64,000 nucleotides of DNA from Fibrobacteria bacterium (GTDB lineage: Bacteria; Fibrobacterota; Fibrobacteria; UBA11236). Shown here piece by piece: positions 30,006 through 39,722 of the stretch (position 1 is the stretch's first letter; the number at the start of each line of letters is the position of its first letter). The position numbers and the translations under genes are program-made. The DNA lies in NCBI GenBank assembly GCA_043732185.1, contig JAYTHY010000096.1:1-64000 (forward strand), read 5' to 3'. The notes beneath the pieces were generated by a model. That model did no database searches and was not told the origin of the DNA. It saw nothing but the letters and a program-made list of their open reading frames with translations.

Positions 30006-32012
30006 CTATTCCCAATCCACACGGACCCATTCAAATGGCATCAGTTCTATTTCAACGCTTCCGTCTTGCACGGTTATCGCCTCCAAGGGTTGAGTCCGAT
30101 AGGCTTCCGGATGCCGCATAGCGGACAGCGCATTTTTTTCGTTCATGCGGCGAATACCTTTTACCGTGCCCATCAAAGGGACGCGCACGAGCCCGGGAAT
30201 CTCTTCAAGGTTTGCCAACAAGAGTGTGCGCCGACTTCCAAGCGTTAAAATCACGCCATCAAATCGCAGCGGATCATTTGAAAAGAGATCGGTTACAGAA
30301 CCACCATTGAATTCAGCGAAATCTGCGAAAACGTGGTAGAGAGGATACACCCAATCGGAGTCAAGGCGTAAATCCGAATCGGGTACCGTCAAAGAATTCG
30401 GCCCAAGATGTTGTCCGGATAGCAGACCCAATAAACCTGTCGTTTCATAAAATGTTGCAGAGAGTCCGGCAACTGGCGCTTCGAGGGCTAGACGCTTTAG
30501 CGAACCCAAGGTCCAGCCTGCGCCAAGCAACGAGAATTGACGCGCATCCACTTGCCCTTTCCAGGAATCTGGTGTGTCCAAGAGGGCCGGTGACTTCAAG
30601 CTTGCCGACAAAGGCGAACGCTTTAATGTGATCGCAGTTAGGATGGATTTTTTATTCGGCCAAAGGGAAGCAAAGCTCCGAAGGATTGAAGCCTGCCCTT
30701 CCAGCGCTTCAACCAGGGTGCGATTGTCGTTCAAGTGGACTTGCGGTGAAACGGCAAAGGCTAAATCCACACTCGCGTCCGGATCAGGACGATTTCGATT
30801 GAGCAGGACAAAATCTTCATTCGATCCAATGGTAAACCGCGCCGCTGGGGCCAAAGCTTGCAAGTACTTGCGGGCAGCAGGCAAAAACGCAATCGGAGTG
30901 GTTCGGCGCTCGTTGGATAGTATCAGCCAACGCAGCACTTGAGAACCCATCCGCCCAAACGCCTCAGCAAAATCGGCCAAAGCGTCTTCCATTCCCTGCT
31001 CGGGAATAAGCAAGGCCACCTCCAAGGGTATATTCAGGAGTTTGGCCTCATGAGTGGATCGAATAATTGTATCCGGGCAGGTAGGATGGGTAAGCCAATA
31101 ATTTGCGCGCAAATGCGTGGGAGCTAAGGCCTGTATCCGGGTTATATCGATTACACCAGGAAGGATTTTATGGGATGCAGAACCAAACCCCCAAGTGGGC
31201 AGCGGTCGACCCTCGCCTTGTCCTGGGATGAGTGCCACTGCATTTGGAGTAAGCAGGGGTGCTGACGATGAAAAGCGGTCCGCAGCTATGGATAAAGGCT
31301 TGAAATCTTTTCCAACTAGTTCCAAAGTCACGGACTGATTCGTTTCCCATCCAACGTCGACGGCTCTTGGTTTGGGCCTGGCTTGCGGCGGACTATAGAT
31401 TTTAAAAGAACCATCGCTCCAATTGCGTTGGTCTTCCATTTCAAAAGTTTCCCCTGAAAAGGTAACCTGCGCCAAAATACCGGGTTCGATTTCATGAGCC
31501 AAGGACTCTAAATCCAAGAATGGCTGATTTGGATTGATGGCTTCCGGAAGATTAAGGGGTTCCATCAAACCACCAGGGCTTTTCACCCAAATGAATTGAC
31601 CCACGTATTCCCGTATTGGAAGCAGTAGACAAAGCGAGGCCCGATTAAAGGAAGATGCCTGTAAGGACCGCCCTTGTGCCTTAAAAATAAGGGTACCGGA
31701 CGCGTTACCTTGTAAGGAAATGCGCCAGACGAAATGAAAACTCGGCTGTTGGTGGGTTAAGGTAAATTGGACGTGGAACGAATCCCCGGTGGCAACCACT
31801 TCCTGACCGGAAAGGACAGCGGGAATGGGTTCCCAGTTAGGCCCCCGTAAGGAGGCGTAAATTCTCCGGATCACCTCGCGGCTTCCCAGTTTAATTCGGC
31901 GCAACTCGCCCTGTTCCAAAAGCATGGACAACGGACCTGCCGTGAGTTTAACAGAATAAGGCAAATGGGCGGGACCCCCGCAACGCAAGGCTGGCATGGA
32001 AAGGAATGACAT
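30006..32012 (-). CDS. D-apionate lactonase-like protein
   Basis: LTAGPLS...GELRRI...EVIRRIY...NW, FEMEDQRNWSDGSFK, LNRNRP and PQVH..D.RTLVEALE resemble the ApnL family as I recall it. Likely start ATG 32012. Confidence 0.65.
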   Translation of the reverse strand: MSFLSMPALRCGGPAHLPYSVKLTAGPLSMLLEQGELRRIKLGSREVIRRIYASLRGPNWEPIPAVLSGQEVVATGDSFHVQFTLTHQQPSFHFVWRISLQGNASGTLIFKAQGRSLQASSFNRASLCLLLPIREYVGQFIWVKSPGGLMEPLNLPEAINPNQPFLDLESLAHEIEPGILAQVTFSGETFEMEDQRNWSDGSFKIYSPPQARPKPRAVDVGWETNQSVTLELVGKDFKPLSIAADRFSSSAPLLTPNAVALIPGQGEGRPLPTWGFGSASHKILPGVIDITRIQALAPTHLRANYWLTHPTCPDTIIRSTHEAKLLNIPLEVALLIPEQGMEDALADFAEAFGRMGSQVLRWLILSNERRTTPIAFLPAARKYLQALAPAARFTIGSNEDFVLLNRNRPDPDASVDLAFAVSPQVHLNDNRTLVEALEGQASILRSFASLWPNKKSILTAITLKRSPLSASLKSPALLDTPDSWKGQVDARQFSLLGAGWTLGSLKRLALEAPVAGLSATFYETTGLLGLLSGQHLGPNSLTVPDSDLRLDSDWVYPLYHVFADFAEFNGGSVTDLFSNDPLRFDGVILTLGSRRTLLLANLEEIPGLVRVPLMGTVKGIRRMNEKNALSAMRHPEAYRTQPLEAITVQDGSVEIELMPFEWVRVDWE

Positions 32013-32082
32013 GTATTTCAATTTAAGAAGAAAGAGCCGGCTTTGGGCCACTGCAAACTCAGACCCACCTAAAATAGTCGCA

Positions 32083-33375
32083 TCAATCGGGAAGTGGCTT
32101 GCCTTTGGTTTCCGGGGCAAACCAAATAATCACCAATCCTACCACATACACTAAGCTGATAATCGAACACATCTTGGCATAATCTTCATGAAAAGTATTC
32201 AGCAATTGTCCGGCATAAAGAGTCCCGGCTGCAGCCAACAAGCGGCCGGAATTAAAAGCAAAACCTGATCCGGTGGCGCGCACTCTTGTTGGAAAAAGCT
32301 CGGGCAGATACAGGGGCAACCATCCATAGAAACCGGCCGTCAGTCCACCAACCAAAAAAGTCCAGACCTTGAATCCTGTGCCATATTCCATGGGAATGCG
32401 AAAAAGGATGCCGCAGGCGATTAGCGACAATAGAGCCAATCCGAAATAAGCCATGCGACGATTTAATTTTTCGGCTATTAAAGCGAAACCGAGGCTGAAA
32501 AGTATGGCTCCGAAGGCGGAACAAATTTGCACCGTTTCTCTTACACCTGGAGCTTTGTTGGTCAATTTATTTGCCCAGGAAGGAATCCACTGCACGGAAC
32601 CCCACGTTCCCAGCAAGGCCACTGTAGCGAGTCCGGCGCCGATAAGCGTGTACTTGGCCAATCCTCCCTGAAAAAGTTCTGCCACAGAAACTTTAACCTT
32701 CTCCTTCCGATGGGAGGATTCCCATTTTTCAGATTCAGGAACAAAAATTCGAATGAAAAAGGTAAGGAATGCTGGAGCCGCACCCAAAAGCATCAACAAT
32801 CGCCAGCTTCCATTTTGCAAGAGCTGCGTAACTGTGGCAGCCGGTAAAATTCCATGCAACAAGGTACTAGCACCTGCTATGAAACTCGTTAGTCCCAAGG
32901 ATAAAACTGCAATCAGCAAAAACCCGATGTTGGCGGAAGCGCCGATGACACCGGCCATCAACGGCCGCGACTTGTTGGGGAAAATCTCCATCACCAGAGC
33001 AACTCCTAGGGCCCACTGGCCACCCATTCCCAGCGCCGCAATAAAACGTAAAGCCGCAAGTTGCCAAGGAGCTTGGACAAATGCACAAAGGCCGGAAAAG
33101 ATGGAATAGAGCAGAACACTCCAAAACATGGCGCGCGTTCGTCCTATTCTATCACCCAGCCAGCCCAGGAGAATGCCACCCAGTGCCGCGCCCACCAAAA
33201 ATACCGCGATGATTGCGGACATCCAAGTGCCTATGGAATCCGCACCGCCCACACCAAGCAATTCCAACATGGCAGGACGAGCTACTAGTGGAAACAGCCC
33301 CATCTCCAAGCCGTCAAACATCCAACCTAAAACCGCAGCTGCTAAGGCCAACCATTTACCGGAACCCTGTATCAT
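32083..33375 (-). CDS. MFS transporter (sugar-acid/metabolite type)
   Basis: LGWMFDGLE, motif A GWLGDRIGRTR, LPELFPTRVRATG, PETKGKPL; AAGGAG SD before ATG 33375. Confidence 0.92.
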   Translation of the reverse strand: MIQGSGKWLALAAAVLGWMFDGLEMGLFPLVARPAMLELLGVGGADSIGTWMSAIIAVFLVGAALGGILLGWLGDRIGRTRAMFWSVLLYSIFSGLCAFVQAPWQLAALRFIAALGMGGQWALGVALVMEIFPNKSRPLMAGVIGASANIGFLLIAVLSLGLTSFIAGASTLLHGILPAATVTQLLQNGSWRLLMLLGAAPAFLTFFIRIFVPESEKWESSHRKEKVKVSVAELFQGGLAKYTLIGAGLATVALLGTWGSVQWIPSWANKLTNKAPGVRETVQICSAFGAILFSLGFALIAEKLNRRMAYFGLALLSLIACGILFRIPMEYGTGFKVWTFLVGGLTAGFYGWLPLYLPELFPTRVRATGSGFAFNSGRLLAAAGTLYAGQLLNTFHEDYAKMCSIISLVYVVGLVIIWFAPETKGKPLPD

Positions 33376-33573
33376 GTCCACTCCTTGTGAGACCACTGAC
33401 TGTTTGCTGATAACCGTGTCCGCTCCCATTTCCCATCGCAAAGGATATCCCACAGAAAAGTAACTGCGCGTGGGAGAAATCATTTGGAAAACTTGGCCAC
33501 CGTCTATTTTTCGTGAGTTCCATCCTGTTAAATAACGAAGACGTGATATTTTATTGCTTTGGTGACAATTTCT

Positions 33574-34785
33574 TTAACCTTCGGCATCTCGATTGGTAAG
33601 CCTTGCTCTAAAAATGGCCCCTTCTCCGAATTTATTGCGGACGGCATCCATGGCACTATCCAAATTAACCATCGGTTTAGGGGTTTCAAAAAGAGAAAGT
33701 TGCTGGGGTGCAACGGTAAAATGTGAAAGCCGTACCCCTATCAGCCTAAATTCTTTTGCCCGATTGCCCGGTCGGTTGGCGCGTGTTTCCTTCCATAAGG
33801 CTTGGACGACAGAAAAAATTTCTTGACTGGAGCAAGTAGGTTCAGGCACGGTGCGTGAATGGGATTGACGGGTAAAATCTGGATTGCGCCACACAAAAGT
33901 AATGGTGCGGCCTGCCAGATCATCCTTTCGCGCCCGACGGGCGACCCGCTCGGACAAGTCCAGTAACGTGGAGACCAGCAATTCAGGGTCTGAACTGTCG
34001 ATTTCGTAGGTTCGCTCATGGGAAATACTTTTCTCATCGACATCCATCGCCAACTCACGATCATCATGACCATGCGAAAGATTATGGAGATGGTTTCCAA
34101 AATTCTCGCCAAAATGTGCGATAAGGATGGACAAAGGTTGCGCCCGAACTTGAGCAATGGTGTACAATCCCACCCGATGGAGATCCAGAACCGTTTTCTT
34201 GCCCACACCCCACAGCCTGTCTACGGACATGGGATCCAGGAAAGTTTGTGCTTCACCCGCATACACCACCTTGAGGCCATTGGGCTTATTGACATCGGAG
34301 GCGAGTTTGGCCAAAAATTTATTCTCGGCCACTCCAATGGAGGCGGTTAAACCTAGCCTATTTTGTATATCGGCTTTGAGTTTGGTACCGCTGACTTCCG
34401 CTGCACCGAATAATTTTTCCGTTCCCGTCATATCGAGAAAAGCTTCGTCCACGGATAACTGCTCGACGATAGGCGAATACTCGGAGAGATAATCCATCAG
34501 ACGTTTGGAATAGTCACCATATAAGGCATGGCGCCCAGAGAGAAAAACTCCATGCGGACAACGCTGACGCGCCTGGGCGACGGGCATGGCCGAATGGACG
34601 CCAAAGACACGCGCTTCATAGGAAGCCGCAGACACCACCCCCCTTACGGAATCGACACCCCCGACTATTACGGGCTTGCCGCGCAATGCGGGATTTTCAA
34701 ACTGTTCCACGGAAGCATAAAAGGCATCCATATCCACATGGAAAATCATCCTGTTTGGAAATGTTAGGATGGATCGAGAACCCAT
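33574..34785 (-). CDS. dinB: DNA polymerase IV (start uncertain)
   Basis: HVDMDAFYASVE, ASYEAR, SVDEAFLD, NKFLAKLASD..KPNG. Confidence 0.95.
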   Translation of the reverse strand: MGSRSILTFPNRMIFHVDMDAFYASVEQFENPALRGKPVIVGGVDSVRGVVSAASYEARVFGVHSAMPVAQARQRCPHGVFLSGRHALYGDYSKRLMDYLSEYSPIVEQLSVDEAFLDMTGTEKLFGAAEVSGTKLKADIQNRLGLTASIGVAENKFLAKLASDVNKPNGLKVVYAGEAQTFLDPMSVDRLWGVGKKTVLDLHRVGLYTIAQVRAQPLSILIAHFGENFGNHLHNLSHGHDDRELAMDVDEKSISHERTYEIDSSDPELLVSTLLDLSERVARRARKDDLAGRTITFVWRNPDFTRQSHSRTVPEPTCSSQEIFSVVQALWKETRANRPGNRAKEFRLIGVRLSHFTVAPQQLSLFETPKPMVNLDSAMDAVRNKFGEGAIFRARLTNRDAEG

Positions 34786-34909
34786 GGACCTGGCCTTAAA
34801 GTATGGTTTTTCTGGCAACGATTCCGCCTCAGCCACCGCCGTAAAGATAGCAAGCGGACCTCCGCTGGGCGGCGATTGCTTGTGGCACGGGAAATGTTAG
34901 ATTTGCCAA

Positions 34910-35674
34910 ATGAAGGTTTTTGCGATTTCCGACCCCCATCTCGCTTTTGGCGTACCAGGTAAATCCATGGATAGATTTGGTGCGGAGTGGGTTGGCCATC
35001 CGGAAAAAATCAAATCCCATTGGGAACGTTTAGTGGGTCCGGAGGATGTCGTAGTGGTCCCCGGTGATATCAGCTGGGCCAAAAAATTTCCCGCTGCCTT
35101 GGAAGATTTGCGCTGGTTGGGATCGCTTCCCGGCCAGAAAGTGATTCTCCGCGGGAACCATGATATCTGGTGGCCTTCAGCGTCCTTGCTCGAACAGGAA
35201 CTCCCAACCAGTGTGCATTTCATCCAGAACAACCATATCAAAATTGGACCATTCATTTTTTTCGGATCACGACTCTGGGATACCGAGGAATATTCCGTTT
35301 TTGACCTTATCGCATGGGATCCCTTAAAAGGAGCCATTCCAGGAGTTAAAAGCGGAGGCGATTTAAAGGAACAAGAGCGCATTTATCACCGCGAGTTGCT
35401 GCGATTAACGCTTTCCATTAATTCCATAACGGAAGGCATGAAGGGGATTCGGATTGGATTAAGCCATTACCCACCGCTGGATCATTTATTGAAACCGTCG
35501 AGAGCGTCAGAACTCTATGCGCAAGCAGGCGCCAAGCACGTCATCTTTGGACACCTCCATTCCATAAGGCAGGATACAGGCAGCAAACCATTTGGAAATT
35601 TGCACGGGGTTGAATATCACCTTGCCTCCTGTGATTACCTGGGATTTACGCCAAAATTTATTTGCGAAGCATAA
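34910..35674 (+). CDS. Calcineurin-like metallophosphoesterase
   Basis: AISDPHL, PGDISWA, RGNHD, HYPP, FGHLH, ASCDYL. Confidence 0.85.
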   Translation: MKVFAISDPHLAFGVPGKSMDRFGAEWVGHPEKIKSHWERLVGPEDVVVVPGDISWAKKFPAALEDLRWLGSLPGQKVILRGNHDIWWPSASLLEQELPTSVHFIQNNHIKIGPFIFFGSRLWDTEEYSVFDLIAWDPLKGAIPGVKSGGDLKEQERIYHRELLRLTLSINSITEGMKGIRIGLSHYPPLDHLLKPSRASELYAQAGAKHVIFGHLHSIRQDTGSKPFGNLHGVEYHLASCDYLGFTPKFICEA

Positions 35675-35678
35675 TCGG

Positions 35679-36821
35679 TTAAACCTGAATCCCGCGCGCC
35701 AGAAAATCCGAAGCGATTTCATCGAGAAAAAGCCAGCCTTCATCGACTAGCCGCAAGCACCCAGCTTCACGTGTGAGCATCCCGACCTTCTCCCATTTTT
35801 TCAGAGTGGCGTCTGGAATAACAAATCCTAAACTTTGCAATTTTTGTTCATTCAATCCGGTCGCTTGCCGTAAGCCAAGTAGTACGGTCTCGGAAATGCG
35901 ATTTTCCAAAGTTAAGACTTCAATGGTGCAAGCTGAGTCGGAGAATCCACCCTTTCCCCATTCCAAGTATTCTTCAAAGGACCTCGGTGAAATCGCGCGC
36001 CGATTCGCAAAAAATCCATGTGCGCCAGGTCCAAATGCTAAATACTCAGCCCCGTTCCAATACCCCAGATTGTGGCGACAGGGTCTTTCCGCCTTCGAAA
36101 AATTAGAGACCTCATAACGTATATACCCATTAGCGCGCAAGAGCTCTACACCAGCCAAGTACAGGGCATTATACGTGCCGTCCTCCGGCAATATCAAGGC
36201 GCCGGAAGCCTGTTGTTTTGCAAATTCCGTTCCTTCTTCAATGGTCAAGCCATAAAAGGAAACATGGTCTGGAGCATAGGTCAATAGAGCTTTAAGGCTG
36301 TAGAGGAATGAAGCTTCGTCTTGGCCAGGCAATCCGAAAATAAGATCGCCGCTGAACTGGAATCGGCCATCGGCGCCAACGGTTTCCAGCGCGAGACCTG
36401 CAGTTTCAACCGTATGCACACGGCCCAACCGTGTCAATTCTGTAGCGTGAAAACTTTGGACCCCTAGACTTAAGCGATTGAAACCCAGTTCATGATAAAG
36501 TTGCAGTTTCTCGCGGGTGAGACTGCTGGGATTGCATTCAATGGACATTTCAGAGACTTTGGAAAAATCATATAGGGTTTTTAAACGCGTTACGATGCGT
36601 TCCAAAAACTCCATCGAAAGCAAGGAAGGTGTGCCACCCCCAAAAAAAACCGTGTCAATGCTTCGACCTTGTGCCAACGGAGCCCGATGCTCCAACTCCT
36701 TGAGCACCACCTCAGCCCAGCGCCTTTGCTGTACAGCCGGCAACTCCCAACTCGCAAAGTCGCAATAGTGGCACTTTTTTTCACAGAAAGGGACATGAAC
36801 GTAGAGTTGCAAATTTGCCAT
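35679..36821 (-). CDS. hemW: Radical SAM heme chaperone HemW (HemN-like)
   Basis: YVHVPFCEKKCHYCDF, GGGTPS, RYEVSNF, HNLGYW. Confidence 0.9.
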   Translation of the reverse strand: MANLQLYVHVPFCEKKCHYCDFASWELPAVQQRRWAEVVLKELEHRAPLAQGRSIDTVFFGGGTPSLLSMEFLERIVTRLKTLYDFSKVSEMSIECNPSSLTREKLQLYHELGFNRLSLGVQSFHATELTRLGRVHTVETAGLALETVGADGRFQFSGDLIFGLPGQDEASFLYSLKALLTYAPDHVSFYGLTIEEGTEFAKQQASGALILPEDGTYNALYLAGVELLRANGYIRYEVSNFSKAERPCRHNLGYWNGAEYLAFGPGAHGFFANRRAISPRSFEEYLEWGKGGFSDSACTIEVLTLENRISETVLLGLRQATGLNEQKLQSLGFVIPDATLKKWEKVGMLTREAGCLRLVDEGWLFLDEIASDFLARGIQV

Positions 36822-36836
36822 GACGTTCCAAGATAT

Positions 36837-36867
36837 AAAAAGCCCCCATCGATACCACGATGGGGGC
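36837..36867 (-). terminator. Rho-independent terminator after ftsZ
   Basis: 10-bp stem GCCCCCATCG/CGATGGGGGC with a 6-nt loop, followed by a T5 tract on the minus strand. Confidence 0.85.
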
Positions 36868-36892
36868 CACTCAGAGCTGAGAAGGGTAAATA

Positions 36893-38290
36893 CTAGTCCG
36901 CTTGATTGCGGAGGAAAGCGGGTGTTTCGTAGTCGATATCCGGATCCAAGTCTTTATACCGGCCTTTTTGACTTTGCGCACCGACACCAGCGCCAGCGCC
37001 ATATTTACGGCTCGCATCCGTGGAGGGTTCCGAAAACAGCACGCGCATCTCATCGTCCTTAGGGGTAGCCGGAATGGGACTAAAACCACTTTTTGAAACC
37101 GGCTTTACGAAAGGGCGCGCCAGTGGCGAATCCTCCATCGGCTTGGGCCGATCTTGAAAACCAATAATGCGTTCAGAAGGAGCCACCGGTGGCCGATCAA
37201 AGGCCGTTTCTTTGGTCGTCTCAATAATTGGCGACTTGGGTTCTATAGTTGGATAAGCCGGCGCAGGTCGTTTGGCTGGTACCTCTTGCGAAGACAACCG
37301 GGATCCAAACTGTTTGGGCGTATGGCTTTGACCGAAACCCGTTGCAATGACGGTGATCGCAATTTCATCCTTAAAATCGGGATTGATTACGGTACCGAAA
37401 ATGATATTGGACTGGGTATCCGTACCGATCGCTTCATAAATAAAGTTCATGGCTTCCGTAACTTCCATGATACCTAGATCTTCACCGCCGGTAATGTTGA
37501 CGAGCACTCCGGTAGCCCCGGAAATGCTGATATTATCAAGTAGAGGGGAATGGATGGCCCGGTCCGCGGCAATCGTAGCCCGGTTTTCGCCGCTAGCTTG
37601 GCCCGTTCCCATTAAGGCATCGCCTCCCTGAGACATGATGGAGCGGACATCCGCAAAATCCACCTGAATTTCACCATGCTTCAAAATAATCTCGGAAATG
37701 CCCCGCGTGGCCGAACTTAAAATGTCATCGGCCATTTTAAAGGCTTCGCGCAATGGCGTCGATTTGCTGACTACGGATAACAACTTTTGATTCGGCACAA
37801 CAATAACTGTATCCACGCATTTGCGCAGCGCATCCAGTCCGGAAATGGAATTCCTTTCCCGCACGGCACCTTCAAAAATAAAGGGTTTGGTAACAACGGC
37901 CACAGTCAAAATCCCCATTTCTTGGGCGATTTCGGCAACGACAGGTGCAGCGCCAGTTCCCGTGCCTCCGCCCATGCCTGCGGCAATGAAGATCATATCC
38001 GCGCCTTCCAATTGTGCGCGCACTCGGTCCCGATCCTCTTGCATGGACAGCATGCCCACTTGAGGATTGGCCCCAGCGCCCAATCCTCCGGTCAATTTGG
38101 ACCCGATCTGAATTTTAACGTCGGCACGATTGTGTTCAAGGGCCATGGCATCCGTATTTACCGCGATGAACTCCACGCCCTGCAATCCGGAAGTGACCAT
38201 GCGATTGATCGCATTGCCACCCGCGCCGCCCACTCCAACCACTTTCAGTTTTGCTACTGTCTTAATACTATCGTCGAAGGAAATCTGCAT
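36893..38290 (-). CDS. ftsZ: Cell division protein FtsZ
   Basis: GVGGAGGN, GMGGGTGTG, C-terminal peptide DYETPAFLR. Confidence 0.98.
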   Translation of the reverse strand: MQISFDDSIKTVAKLKVVGVGGAGGNAINRMVTSGLQGVEFIAVNTDAMALEHNRADVKIQIGSKLTGGLGAGANPQVGMLSMQEDRDRVRAQLEGADMIFIAAGMGGGTGTGAAPVVAEIAQEMGILTVAVVTKPFIFEGAVRERNSISGLDALRKCVDTVIVVPNQKLLSVVSKSTPLREAFKMADDILSSATRGISEIILKHGEIQVDFADVRSIMSQGGDALMGTGQASGENRATIAADRAIHSPLLDNISISGATGVLVNITGGEDLGIMEVTEAMNFIYEAIGTDTQSNIIFGTVINPDFKDEIAITVIATGFGQSHTPKQFGSRLSSQEVPAKRPAPAYPTIEPKSPIIETTKETAFDRPPVAPSERIIGFQDRPKPMEDSPLARPFVKPVSKSGFSPIPATPKDDEMRVLFSEPSTDASRKYGAGAGVGAQSQKGRYKDLDPDIDYETPAFLRNQAD

Positions 38291-38328
38291 ATTTGCTCCC
38301 TACCCTGAAGGTTTACCCTTACTCAACT

Positions 38329-39564
38329 CTAAACATACTGTTTAACCCAGTCCGTCATTTTTCTGAGAATATCTTTGAACTTGTCACCACCCGGAGTGAA
38401 GATTTGTTCATCACGATTCTGGCTGGAACGCATGACGCCGTATTGCACCAAACCCACACCGGTAGCATGGACAGGCGTCGCAACGGAATCCACCAAACCG
38501 CCGAATCCTTTGGGCACACCCAACTTCACCGGCATGCCAAAAACCTGCTCGGCCAATTCCACGGCCCCGTGCATCAAGGCGCCGCCGCCCGTTAAAACAA
38601 CACCCGCTCCCAGCATATCCAAATAATGATTCTTCTGGAGCTCACGCATAATCAATGTGAATATCTCGCGCATTCTGGGCTCGATGATTGACGCGAGAAC
38701 CGCTCGGCTCACTTCACGCTGTTCACGTCCTCCCACTCCAGGCACGGCAATGTATTCAGAATTCTCCAGCCCAGCCCGCAAGCAGGTTCCGTGATTGCGT
38801 TTTATTTCTTCCGCTCTTTCCAAGGGAGTACGAATTCCGATGGCCAGGTCATTGGTCACATTTTTGCCACCGAGACCTATACTGGCGGTATGTCGGACGC
38901 TATCCTCGATGAACACGATAAGATCGGTGGTGCCCCCGCCCATGTCGATTACGGCAGCGCCAAGTTCACGCTCGTCGTCTTCCAGAACGGAATAGGAGGA
39001 AGCCAAGGGCTCAAGTACGATGTCCGCTACCTTGAGGCCGGCCTTTTCCACACTCTTGAAAATATTCTGCGCCGAAGTGATGGCTCCGGTGACAATATGC
39101 ACGTCGCCTTCCAAGCGGACGCCAGACATGCCAACGGGATCTTTTATTCCCGGCTGGTCATCGACGATGAATTCTTGAGGAATGACATGCAGCATTTCCC
39201 GATCCATAGGGATAGCTACGGCACGCGCAGCTTCTATGACCCGGGCTACGTCCTGCCGTGTGATTTCATTATCCGTCCGCGAAACAGCGATGACGCCGCG
39301 GCTGTTGATGGAACGAATATGATCGCCTGCAATGCCAACGTATACAGAAACAACATCCACACCTGCCATGAGCTCGGCTTCTTCAACTGCACGGTGAATG
39401 GATTTTACGGTCTTCTCTATATTGACAACGACACCTTTACGCAGTCCTTCACTTGGACTGGTGCCCACCCCTACAATTTTCAAATGTCCATTGCCATCAA
39501 CCTCGCCGATGATCACGCCGATCTTCGTGGTGCCGATGTCCAATCCAACTATTGGGTTTGCCAT
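38329..39564 (-). CDS. ftsA: Cell division protein FtsA
   Basis: GLDIGTTKI, DMGGGTTD, VLTGGGA. Confidence 0.97.
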   Translation of the reverse strand: MANPIVGLDIGTTKIGVIIGEVDGNGHLKIVGVGTSPSEGLRKGVVVNIEKTVKSIHRAVEEAELMAGVDVVSVYVGIAGDHIRSINSRGVIAVSRTDNEITRQDVARVIEAARAVAIPMDREMLHVIPQEFIVDDQPGIKDPVGMSGVRLEGDVHIVTGAITSAQNIFKSVEKAGLKVADIVLEPLASSYSVLEDDERELGAAVIDMGGGTTDLIVFIEDSVRHTASIGLGGKNVTNDLAIGIRTPLERAEEIKRNHGTCLRAGLENSEYIAVPGVGGREQREVSRAVLASIIEPRMREIFTLIMRELQKNHYLDMLGAGVVLTGGGALMHGAVELAEQVFGMPVKLGVPKGFGGLVDSVATPVHATGVGLVQYGVMRSSQNRDEQIFTPGGDKFKDILRKMTDWVKQYV

Positions 39565-39663
39565 GTGAGCTCCTTCAATTATAGTAACAATATAGATCCA
39601 AAATCCGCTGCAATCTTTTTCTGATTCATTTTTTATCCCTACTCTGACTCACTCAAAGGCGAT

Positions 39664-39685
39664 GGGGTAACATGAACTTTACCCC
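39664..39685. other. Inverted repeat in the ftsQ-ftsA spacer
   Basis: GGGGTAA, 8 nt, TTACCCC; could be an operator or a hairpin. Confidence 0.35.
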
Positions 39686-39722
39686 CGCCGCAAGGCGCTT
39701 GTAGCAAGGTCCGGAAGCGATC

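Noticed and set aside
32013..32120. Overlap of the ApnL-like ORF with the MFS gene
   Set aside because: Artefact of longest-ORF calling; ATG 32012 gives a normal 70-bp gap.
33376..33573. Riboswitch in the ~200-bp region upstream of the MFS gene
   Set aside because: Only a short TCCCAC/GTGGGA stem; no recognisable aptamer consensus. An Infernal/Rfam scan would be needed.
34750..34909. LexA/SOS box upstream of dinB
   Set aside because: No convincing palindrome matching the SOS boxes I know.
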